64,000 bases of DNA from an uncultured Candidatus Saccharibacteria bacterium (lineage in GTDB: Bacteria > Patescibacteriota > Minisyncoccia > Phycocordibacterales > UBA2100). Made by a program: the position numbers and the translations under genes. The notes under the pieces were generated by a model. The model did not search any database. It was not told where the DNA came from and saw only the letters and a list, made by a program, of their open reading frames with translations. Below are positions 9,172 through 17,900 of this stretch, piece after piece. Each line of letters begins with the position of its first letter. The stretch's first letter is position 1. The stretch is from positions 65,800-129,799 of the forward strand of contig CAZZHR010000002.1 in assembly GCA_964654205.1 (NCBI GenBank), in the 5' to 3' direction.

Positions 9172-9598
9172 TTGATAAGGGTGTACGCAACTTCCCGATA
9201 ATCGCCGTAAGCATTCGCTGTACTTCGTCGAGCAATTCGATGGATTTGGAGAAATCTATACTGGGAAAGAGCCGTTGCGCCGCGAGAAGCTGTGTTTCCA
9301 GCTCCGCGGCTGAACCAGCCGAGACGCATAAGAATTGCGCGTAATCCTTCCTTGTCCCCCTCTTTGTACCCTCGGCTATGTTTGAGGGGATTGATATTGC
9401 GGCGCGCCGCATCTGGCTCATCAGACCAAACTGCTCCGACTGTGGGAGTTTCGCGGTATCGCGGTACATCGTTTCGACAAGACTCATAGCCCTCTGCCAC
9501 ACGACCAAATCCTTGAAAGACCGCACAGGGGTAGGTGCGAGGTTAGAGTTTTTAGTTTTTAGGTTTGAGCTGTGTGTCGTTTTCATATTTCTTTTCAC
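9152..9598 (-). CDS. Four-helix-bundle protein (TIGR02436; 23S rRNA intervening-sequence protein family)
   Basis: Characteristic 'DLVVWQRA...QFGLMSQMRRAAISIPSNIAEGTKRGTRKDYAQFLCVSAGSAAELETQLLAA'. The true start may be a GTG near 9523, just inside the upstream direct repeat. Confidence 0.8.
   Translation of the reverse strand: MKRNMKTTHSSNLKTKNSNLAPTPVRSFKDLVVWQRAMSLVETMYRDTAKLPQSEQFGLMSQMRRAAISIPSNIAEGTKRGTRKDYAQFLCVSAGSAAELETQLLAAQRLFPSIDFSKSIELLDEVQRMLTAIIGKLRTPLSTKNYQL
9532..9562. repeat. Direct repeat copy 2 flanking the four-helix-bundle gene
   Basis: See copy 1. It also pairs with 9600..9613 to form a hairpin spanning the annotated start codon. Confidence 0.7.
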
Positions 9599-9611
9599 TA
9601 AAACCTCTAAC

Positions 9612-10112
9612 CTATAAACTCATCACTACCTTCCCAATAATGTCGACTTGTTGAACTGCTCCGAAGACGCGCCCATCGCTGCTCTTGCTGCGATTGTCAC
9701 CGAGCACAAGGTAATCTTCTGGCCCGAGTTGCATACGAAATGCTCCATTGTTCGTCCCGCCTATCATGCTTCCCGTCTCGTACCTCGTACTCTTTCCTTC
9801 GCTATCAGTGACCGTCACTCCATCTTCGCCAAGCTCTACAAGCTCACCGGGCAAGCCAATCACCCGTTTCACTTCAATCACCTCTTTCTGGTGCGGATTG
9901 CGATGCACGAGTATGTCGCCACGGCTAATGTGGAATCGGTGAGTCACCTTTTCGACGATAACAACGTCGTTCGCAGAAAACGTCGGCTCCATCGAGCCGC
10001 CAGAGACCACGTACGGACGGAAAATGAAAACCGAAGACAGCAGCGCGAGCGCAATGACAGTCGCAATCGTCTCTTTGTGCGTTCGTATCGTTGTGTGCAA
10101 TTGGTACGTCAT
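9612..10112 (-). CDS. lepB: Signal peptidase I
   Basis: 'VVSGGSMEPTF' (catalytic Ser), 'KRVIGLPGE', 'GDNRSKSSDGR' boxes. Confidence 0.85.
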   Translation of the reverse strand: MTYQLHTTIRTHKETIATVIALALLSSVFIFRPYVVSGGSMEPTFSANDVVIVEKVTHRFHISRGDILVHRNPHQKEVIEVKRVIGLPGELVELGEDGVTVTDSEGKSTRYETGSMIGGTNNGAFRMQLGPEDYLVLGDNRSKSSDGRVFGAVQQVDIIGKVVMSL

Positions 10113-10114
10113 AT

Positions 10115-13100
10115 CTAAATTTCCATCCCGAGCATGAGCGCGAGGGCTTGGACGAAGCTGTTTGATGTGGCGGCAGGGGCGGCAGAATATTTGAACGGCT
10201 GCTCCGCGAACGCGGCGTAGACCATTGTGTCGCCGCTCGTGTTGAGGAAGGTGGTTCTTAACTTGAAACCATTGGCTAGAGAATCAATGACGTCTGCGGG
10301 TGCCGACTCTTGAGACGAACCATCGGCGCCCAAAACGCCACTTATTGGATTGTAGGTGTTCCTTGTTGTATCCAACATCCACCAACTACCCGTCGTTCCA
10401 ACCGCGGGCTTAAGCATGACAAACCGCGGCTTGAAGCCGGTGTAGACGAACGGACCGTCGGTCGAGCCATTGCCGGTGTAGGAGCCAAATGCCGACATGC
10501 CGGTCGTGGAGGCAAAGAGGTACGCCGCGTACTCGCTCCCGCCACCTACGCCGCCCGGTGTGCTCGAGGAATCGGTGAGTGCGCCGTTCTCCGTAAATGC
10601 TCCGCCTCGCCCCCTGTTGATGTGCCAATTGTCGCTCGTTCCAGAGAAGTACACATCGGGGACGAGTGTGGAACCGACCCCGATGACGGGCACGGGTTCG
10701 CCATTCGCGTCGATGAAGAAGCGCCTATTGGCTTCGACCGAGAGGTCCAGGCTCGTCCCGAACTTTATCCAAAGGTCTTTGATGTCTCCCGTGAGCTTGA
10801 AGCCCGCGTCCGGTTCCGCCCCCACCGCGAAGTTGCCTCTCGTCCAGTCGATCGTGTCGTTGGTAAGCGTGGAGCCGCCCGAATTGAAGTCGCTCACATC
10901 GTTGCGGTAGACCCAGGCGGAGCCGGTGTTTAGGTCGACCGAGAAGAGGTAGTGCACCCAGCCACTCGAGGCGAGCGTCTGCGTCGAGGAGTTCAGGATC
11001 ATGTCGAAGTTGTTGGACGCGTCGAGCCCCACGACCTGGATCACCTGCGTACCCGCCGTGCGTACGATGTAGAAGCCCGTGCCGAGGTCTCCCGTCGCTG
11101 CGATCGTCTGGTTGGTGCTATCTGCGCCCGTAATGTTGACCCAAAAAGAGACAGTTAACCGTTTGCCGTCCACGACGTCTGTGAGGTTTGCACCGCGCGT
11201 GAGGTAATCGTTGGTACCGTCGAAATGCGCGGCGCCGCCTTTGTTCACATCGGCATTCGTCCCCACGGTGAAGGCGCTTGCGGTAGGCGCGGTGTCGTTC
11301 CAGTAGGTCGCGTCGTCGGCAGTCGCAGCTGTGCTGTTGAGCAATAGATAGTCAGTCGCCGGTGCAGATGTATTGGACGAGTGATAGACCGCCCAATCGC
11401 CGGAGCCCGAAGCTTGTGTGTACGAGCGGAGCATCGCGCTCCCCTGATCGGCGATCGCCACGCTTGTGGCAGAGAGCGCCGCAACCGCGGGGTTCGGAGT
11501 CGTGCCGTCGACGATACCGCTCCCGTCGGCCACCTCTCTCCAATCGGTACCGTCGAAGGCGTACACACGGAGCTCGTTGGTCGTTGAGTCCACGAATGCC
11601 ACTCTGTTGCGGCCCAGCGCCGCCATGCCCGTCGAGCCTCCACTCGATTCGATTGTGAGAGAATTGCCCACCTGAGACCAATTCGTGCCGTCGAAATCAT
11701 ACGCGCGCAGCTGCTTTGTCCCCGAGTAGTCGTAGAGGGCTACGCGCGAAGCCGAGAGCGCCGCGAGGGAAGGGAGTGTGATGCCGCTGATGTTGAGCTC
11801 GTTCCCAGTCAGAGTCCAGTTGGTGCCGTCGAAATCATACGCGCGCAAGTCGTCGTTGGTGCCGTCGATAAAGGCTATGCGGTCGGACAGGAGCCCCGCA
11901 AGCGCGGGAGATCCCACGCCCGAGATGTTGAGCTCGTTGCCGGTCAGCGACCATGTAGAGCCGTTGAAATCGTATGCGCGCAAGTCGTCATTCCCGCTGT
12001 CAATAAATGCGACACGGCTCGAAAGCATAGTTGCGAGCGAGGGCGACCCTATACCCGAGATGCTGAGTCCGCTTCCTGTGAGAGACCAATTCGACGAGCT
12101 CAGGTCGTATGCGCGCAAAGACGCATTCCCGAAATCAACATATGCCACCCTCGTCGCGGAGAGCGCGGCAAGCGCGGGAGTATTGATACCGCTTATCGTG
12201 AGGCTGTTGCTCGTCTGTGCCCAGTCTCCGCGCACCTCTTTCACGAGCATGAAGTCCGGCGCTTTACCGAGCGAATGGCTCACCGTCCTGCTCTTACCCG
12301 TCCCCTTGTACGAGACGATGTCGAACCCGGCCTCCGCCGTCTCTTTCCAGAGCCATGAGATGTAGTTCTTGCCGCTCGTGTTGACGTTGGCCGAGCTCGC
12401 GCCGGAGCCGAGGCTGAAGCCGTTGTCGTCGTACGACGTGAGCGATTCCGTGTCGTCGACATCTTCACCGGCGGTCAGATTGGAGCTGAGCCACGCCTGC
12501 ACCCCGCGCAGAGCATCGAAGAGCGCATGGTTGGTCGAAGCGTCGGTACGGTTCTTTATCCACACGAGGTCGGGGCTAAAGCCGGTAACCGTTGTGCTTG
12601 TACCCGTCTGGTAGACAGACTTTGCCGCACCCGTGCCTGCGTACGCGATCGCATCAAAATAATTCTTCGGCACCACCACATCCGGCTCGGGCAAGTTGGC
12701 GGTCGAGAGTGCTTTGAAGCCAGAGGGCGGTTCGTATCTGAAATATCCCCCCGCCGCCGAGTAGTGCGTCGTCGTAGTTGTCCCTGGCTGACCAAAGTTT
12801 ATTGAAGCGCTTGCACCCGTGTAGACGGCGAGTGATGGAAATACAGGGTCAGCTCCGCTGAGTGTGGCGGCAGCTCCTGTGCCTCCTACTGGGTCACCAC
12901 TGTTCTGCCATGTCCCGTTTTTTGAGAAGTAAATCTTCTTGTTATCCAAATCAAGCGCTACACCGACGACATCGTTCGTTGTAAACGTATTGCCGTACGC
13001 GGCATTGGTCCCTCCGTTGTACGTCGTACCATCATGCCCGTAGTAGCTGATGCCCCCATTAGCAGACGAGCCGCCGGGAAATGCGCCGAGTGTCATCGGA

Positions 13101-14242
13101 GTGAACGCTGTGGAAGTTGCAACCCCGACGAGATAAAAATTACTGCCACTACTCTGTGCACCAGCTGTCACTTCCCAATACCATTTACCACTCGTGACAC
13201 CAATAATTGAGAGTGCCGTAAGAAAATTCCCAGCACTATGAGTCATACTCAAGTTGCCTTGAGAAAGAGTCAGCGAAGAGTTTTTGTAAATCGAGTTAAG
13301 TGTCGCAAACGCGTTCGTCGGGGTGTCGATGACTTGGTCGGTTGCGTCGAGGTTGTTGGCGGTCCAGTTGTTGCCGTTGCCGGATGTGTCGGTGCCAAGC
13401 GCCGCACTGTTGCCAAAGGCGAGCTTGAAGCCATTTGTCCCATACGTGCCCGTGTACGACTTCGGCCGCCAGTATCCATTGGCGTCGTACTCGCCGAAAG
13501 AGGTGGGCGTGAGCGCCTGCCCGTCGACAAAATGTAGGTCGGAGAGGTAGACATCAATCGAGCAACATGCACCCCCTTGTTGCTGACCGATACGATTGTT
13601 CGCATTGGCGAGCGCGAATTGGTACTCAGCGTTTTGTGCGGGATAATTCGCAGCGTCAAACGCCGTAATCTGCATCCCATCGATGTACATCTTCACTCTA
13701 TTCGCTGCAGTCGCATCTGTCGTGTCCCACACAACTACGACATGCATCCATTTTGATGGATCGCGAAAAAGTGCCGAGCTGCGAAGTTCGGCGGAAGTAG
13801 CCCCGCCGAAGGCGAAACTCAGGTTGTCCGCTGCAGCGCCGCCCGCCCCGAATTCAAGCCACGAAGAATTGCTCGACGAACCATCGTAGCCGGCAACTAT
13901 CGTTTGTCTCGTCCCCAAATTCCCCCTTTTTATCCACGTAGATATCGTTCCCTTCTTACGGTCAGCGGGTGCACCGGAGAATGTCTTGCTTAGGTTTGCA
14001 CTGTCATCGTCGTTGAAGCGAGCGCTGTTCGCGATCGTGTACGCCGCCTCCGCCTGCGGGAGTGTGAGAAGCGCAAACTGCGCGCCAAACCACGCCAGCG
14101 CGACAATCGCCGCCACAACCACCCGCCACCTCCACAGCCCGTTCAAAGCGTTCAAGGAGGCGTGCAAGGGGCGCCCTTGCACATGTGCAAGGGCGCCCCT
14201 TGCGCCGGAGATTTTGAGAAACTTGGTGAAGAGATTACTCAT
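10115..14242 (-). CDS. Giant (about 1375 aa) secreted multi-domain protein: LamG-like – SPRY/B30.2 – six ~45-aa tandem repeats – LamG-like
   Basis: N-terminal hydrophobic signal/anchor. SPRY signature 'SGKWYWEVT...NDVVGVALDLDNKKIYFSKNG'. Two concanavalin-A-like (LamG) segments. Six tandem repeats 'LRAYDFDGTNW.LTGNELNISG'. The first ~15 codons overlap the REP-like palindrome, so the true start may be an alternative codon downstream. Confidence 0.75.
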   Translation of the reverse strand: MSNLFTKFLKISGARGALAHVQGRPLHASLNALNGLWRWRVVVAAIVALAWFGAQFALLTLPQAEAAYTIANSARFNDDDSANLSKTFSGAPADRKKGTISTWIKRGNLGTRQTIVAGYDGSSSNSSWLEFGAGGAAADNLSFAFGGATSAELRSSALFRDPSKWMHVVVVWDTTDATAANRVKMYIDGMQITAFDAANYPAQNAEYQFALANANNRIGQQQGGACCSIDVYLSDLHFVDGQALTPTSFGEYDANGYWRPKSYTGTYGTNGFKLAFGNSAALGTDTSGNGNNWTANNLDATDQVIDTPTNAFATLNSIYKNSSLTLSQGNLSMTHSAGNFLTALSIIGVTSGKWYWEVTAGAQSSGSNFYLVGVATSTAFTPMTLGAFPGGSSANGGISYYGHDGTTYNGGTNAAYGNTFTTNDVVGVALDLDNKKIYFSKNGTWQNSGDPVGGTGAAATLSGADPVFPSLAVYTGASASINFGQPGTTTTTHYSAAGGYFRYEPPSGFKALSTANLPEPDVVVPKNYFDAIAYAGTGAAKSVYQTGTSTTVTGFSPDLVWIKNRTDASTNHALFDALRGVQAWLSSNLTAGEDVDDTESLTSYDDNGFSLGSGASSANVNTSGKNYISWLWKETAEAGFDIVSYKGTGKSRTVSHSLGKAPDFMLVKEVRGDWAQTSNSLTISGINTPALAALSATRVAYVDFGNASLRAYDLSSSNWSLTGSGLSISGIGSPSLATMLSSRVAFIDSGNDDLRAYDFNGSTWSLTGNELNISGVGSPALAGLLSDRIAFIDGTNDDLRAYDFDGTNWTLTGNELNISGITLPSLAALSASRVALYDYSGTKQLRAYDFDGTNWSQVGNSLTIESSGGSTGMAALGRNRVAFVDSTTNELRVYAFDGTDWREVADGSGIVDGTTPNPAVAALSATSVAIADQGSAMLRSYTQASGSGDWAVYHSSNTSAPATDYLLLNSTAATADDATYWNDTAPTASAFTVGTNADVNKGGAAHFDGTNDYLTRGANLTDVVDGKRLTVSFWVNITGADSTNQTIAATGDLGTGFYIVRTAGTQVIQVVGLDASNNFDMILNSSTQTLASSGWVHYLFSVDLNTGSAWVYRNDVSDFNSGGSTLTNDTIDWTRGNFAVGAEPDAGFKLTGDIKDLWIKFGTSLDLSVEANRRFFIDANGEPVPVIGVGSTLVPDVYFSGTSDNWHINRGRGGAFTENGALTDSSSTPGGVGGGSEYAAYLFASTTGMSAFGSYTGNGSTDGPFVYTGFKPRFVMLKPAVGTTGSWWMLDTTRNTYNPISGVLGADGSSQESAPADVIDSLANGFKLRTTFLNTSGDTMVYAAFAEQPFKYSAAPAATSNSFVQALALMLGMEI
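11540..12250. repeat. Intragenic tandem DNA repeats, period ~135-138 bp (5-6 units)
   Basis: Recurring strings 'gtgccgtcgaaatcatacgcgcgca(g/a)' at about 11685, 11823, 11960 and 12095, encoding the 45-aa protein repeats. Confidence 0.65.
14164..14203. repeat. 40-bp perfect REP-like palindrome gcaaggggcgcccttgcaca|tgtgcaagggcgccccttgc
   Basis: Arms verified base by base. It sits 3' of the transposase gene and overlaps the annotated 5' end of the giant LamG/SPRY ORF. Confidence 0.8.
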
Positions 14243-14901
14243 ACTTCGTCGAGCATTAATTCTCGGACTGTCGATTTCCGTGCGACGATGTCGTCGAAAG
14301 CGTCTTCAACGAAACGCTGGTACTCGCGCGCACTCTTGAAGTGCTCAAGGATTGTTGCCGTATCACACAATCCCCCGGTATCTGGCGAGAGGTACTCGGC
14401 ATAGCTACTATGCGGCCACTTTCGAGCGTCTCGCACAAGCTTCGCCACTTGGGGATTCACATGAATATAGGCCGAGAGGTGTTTGAGTTGCGTATCGTCT
14501 ACCACATGCACGGCCTTGATGCGATCCTGAAATACATGTCCCACATGATCGTACTTGCGATTGAAGTACATCGAGTAGCTCGTCAGTAGTTTCAGAAAAA
14601 GTTTACTAATCGATACATCTTTGTTCTGTCGTATGAGAAAATGGAAATGATTAGGCATAAGACAGTACACAGCAATCGAGAATGCATCTCTTTCGAATGG
14701 CTCGATGCGAATCTGGACGCGCTTCCCGCCGGTGTGCAAGGGCGCCCCTTGCACATCGCGACCGAGAGAGCGCATAAGTCGGTCTAGGAAAACTCGTGCA
14801 TCCTCATCATCTCGAAGGATGTCCATCTTGCCATTGCCGCGGCTGAAGAGGTGGTACCACTCTCCTGTCGAGAACTCTTTGTAGTCGCGTGAATTTGTCA
14901 T
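14239..14901 (-). CDS. tnpA: IS200/IS605-family Y1 HUH transposase (RAYT-like, Y1_Tnp)
   Basis: 'YHLFSRGNGK', HUH motif 'MPNHFHFLI', and C-terminal 'FQDRIKAVHVVDDTQLKHLSAYIHVNP...WPHSSY', the Y1 transposase signature. It carries a ~21-aa in-frame insertion encoded by the REP half-site. Confidence 0.65.
   Translation of the reverse strand: MTNSRDYKEFSTGEWYHLFSRGNGKMDILRDDEDARVFLDRLMRSLGRDVQGAPLHTGGKRVQIRIEPFERDAFSIAVYCLMPNHFHFLIRQNKDVSISKLFLKLLTSYSMYFNRKYDHVGHVFQDRIKAVHVVDDTQLKHLSAYIHVNPQVAKLVRDARKWPHSSYAEYLSPDTGGLCDTATILEHFKSAREYQRFVEDAFDDIVARKSTVRELMLDEV
14731..14756. repeat. Half-copy of the REP-like element (ggtgtgcaagggcgccccttgcacat) inside the transposase CDS
   Basis: Identical to one arm plus the centre of the 14164..14203 palindrome. 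It encodes 'RDVQGAPLHTGG' in frame. Confidence 0.75.
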
Positions 14902-14911
14902 ACTCGATTAG

Positions 14912-17900
14912 TCATCTAAAGCCCGTGGCAGCCGCGCCGAATACGACGAGCGAGCTGGTCGCATTGGTCGCGACAAATGAGACGAGGTCACATTGGTTGG
15001 CCGTCGTGGTGAGTGTCGGTGCGCTTCCACCCTGCCAGCGCACGACCGCTGGCCAGGTCAGTGTGCGGCTTCCCGTGCCGTCTTGGCACACCACGAGACG
15101 GAGGATTTGCCCCGCGATGAAATTGGAGAATGTAATCGTGCGGTTGCCGCCGAGTGTCACCTTCTGCTGGTTGCCTTCAAGCCAGTTGATAGCCACGGTC
15201 GCGCCGTCGGAGAGACTCCTTTCCACCGTGGTGATAGCGCCACCCGCACCCACCGCAAATTTCGCAAACGGCGTCGATGTACCCACACCCACGTTGCCGT
15301 TGGCGTTGATGACAAAGAGGGACTGCGCTGTGGTGGAAGCGACCTGTATGAAGTTGGTCGAGCTATCCTGCGTCTCTATCGTGAGCTTGGCCGCAGGGGT
15401 CGTGGTGCCGATTCCTGCCGCTGTCTCTACATAGAGCTTGCCCGCTCCAGTCGGCGACGTGGGGCAGCCGGATGCGCAGACAAGGAGGTTGTCGTCGGAG
15501 AGCAGAATGTTTTTGTTGGACGTGTGTATCGTAAGGTCGCCAGTCGAGTCCACTTGGAGCGAGGCGACCGTGGAATCATTGTACGAAATCGCTACCTGAG
15601 GATTCGCCGCTGCAGCCGTCACCGAGAACTTGCGGTACGGCGATGTGGTGCCGACACCGAAGAATCCGGCACTCGTGGCGCGCATCACCTCGGTGAGCGC
15701 GCCACTTTGCAGTGTCGAGAACACGAGGTCGCCCTTCCCGAGCCCGCCGAAGTTCTGTTGCAAGATGCTCGTGATTGCAGAAGTCGTCGTACCCGTGCCG
15801 GTGACATCGAGCGCGCGGAATGAGAGCCGCGATGCGGTCGATGTCGCGCTCGCCGCATTGGTGAGGTAGAGCTGGTCGGCGGTCGCGCCGGAAGATGTGT
15901 TGTAGACATCGAGCTTCGTGCCCGGCGTCGTCGTACCGATGCCGACATTGCCCGTGCTGGTGATGCGCATTCGCTCTTGGCTCGACTCATATCCACCAGT
16001 CCTAAACTGAATACTGTCGGAGCCGCCTGATGCAACATTCCCGTTGGTAAAGAGCACCAGACTAGTATTCGAACCGAAACTCGTGTTTCCGCCGAGACCG
16101 TATCCGACACCAGACCCGTACGCACGGAAGTAGCCTGTCGCAGTATCGCTATGTACAGTGTATGTGCTCTGACCATTGCTATTTGCATTCGTCACCGTGA
16201 CCCCGTCGACGCTCGCTACATTGCTGTACACAGTGAGTTTTGTAGACGGAGTCGTCGTCCCTACCCCCACGTTGCCGGTGTTTGTCACCGCAAAGAGCGA
16301 GCTCGTCGCGCTCGCGGTCGAGCTCGCTATCTCGAAGAGCATCGTATTGGTCTCGCCCGACAGTGCGTGCACTGAGAGCTTAGCCCACGGCGACGACGTG
16401 CCGATACCGAAGCGCGCATTGACCGTATCCCACGTGAGCGTACTCGACGCCGCCATCACGCCGCCGTAGTTGAATTGTATGTTGCCGTTGCCGCCTGCCG
16501 GAGCCGAGCCGCCGGATGCGAGGAGGGAGCCGGAGAAGTATGTGTAGACTGCCGAACCATCGACAGCTGTACCCGTTGAAAGCACCGCTGCTTCGAGATA
16601 GTCGGATGTTCCATTCATGTCGACAATGGTGGTTACTTGCGCCGCATCTGCACCACCCGATCGATAGGGACCGTTTGCTATCGCGACACCGTTCTTACGG
16701 ACAGCTGCCTGACAGTTGTTTGTGGTATTTGTACATCCAACAGACGCGACAACGATATACTTGCCGGCTACCGTAGGTGTGAAGCGGTTGGTCGTTAGGT
16801 CAAAATTGTTGTTGGTATCGTAAGTTTCAGTCGTCCAATCGACCACAAGTACCGTATCGCTCACAGTGGTTGTCGCCGACCCATTGCGATGCACATGGAA
16901 CGCTACCGTAGAAGAAGCGGTTCCAACCGTGCGGTTCGTGTAGACCTTGACCGCGAATCCGCCTGCGCCGCCTGCGCCGCCTGCGCCTCCAGTGCCCGCA
17001 TTTCCAGCGCTACCCCCGGAGCCAACGGTGAAATAGAAAGTCCCCGTCGGACTGCCTACAAGCTCGTACGCGTATCCTCCGCCTCCACCTCCGCCTCCAC
17101 TCCATACGTTGTTGAGATCATTGATTCCGCCGCCAGCCCCTCCTCCTCCGAACGCGTTGCCTGCGCCGCCTGCTGCCGTAGTACCCGCTCCGCCACCCCC
17201 ACCGCGGGCACCATTGCCCCCCGCTCCTCCCACTGCGTACAGATCTTGCGTCTCCCCACCATCCGCATCAATACCAAGCGTGAGTCCGCCTGCACCACCA
17301 ACGAGATTTACTTCGCCACCGGAGCCAGAACCGCCAGATGCCGCAGGCCCATTGGAGCCAGACCCACCGCCTCCGCCCGTCGCACTTAAGTGCGGAGAGG
17401 AGCATGCGACAGAATTGCTTCCGAAGCATGTCGTACCTCCTACGCCACCATTGCCGCCGTTGCCTCCACCGCCACCCCCTCCACCGCCGCCCCAAACCTC
17501 CACTTCTATATATGACGTATCGCTCGGGAGCGTGAGCGTGCCACCGGAGAAGCTCGGTGCGCTGCCGGGGTCTCCGGTGAAGACCACCGACGAGGTTCCC
17601 ACAGTGGAAGTCGCGTATGTTCCTATGAGCGTGTTGCCACCACCTCCGCCTCCACTCGAGCCGCTCCCCGTCCCCGCACACTGTCCGCTCGGGAGCAGGA
17701 AGCAGCCGCTCGTGAGTTGGACGCCACCCGCAAAGGTGGATGTTGCCGAGCCGGTGATATTGAGGAGTGTTGATTGAATGCCGCCAGAGAATGTTGTGGT
17801 GGAAGGCGACCCAAACGTCGCTGCGCCGGTGGATGCCGAGAACGAGAGCGCGGCTACCGTAGAAGTCGACGAGTGCGTCGAGGTGGCGAGGTAGAAGGTG

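Larger units (their letters stand above)
14158..14901 (-). mobile_element. Putative IS200-like / REP-associated tyrosine transposase locus (tnpA + REP-like palindromes)
   Basis: The transposase gene is bounded on one side by a 40-bp palindrome and carries an internal half-copy. No second full terminal copy is seen, so the element's boundaries are unclear. Confidence 0.4.
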
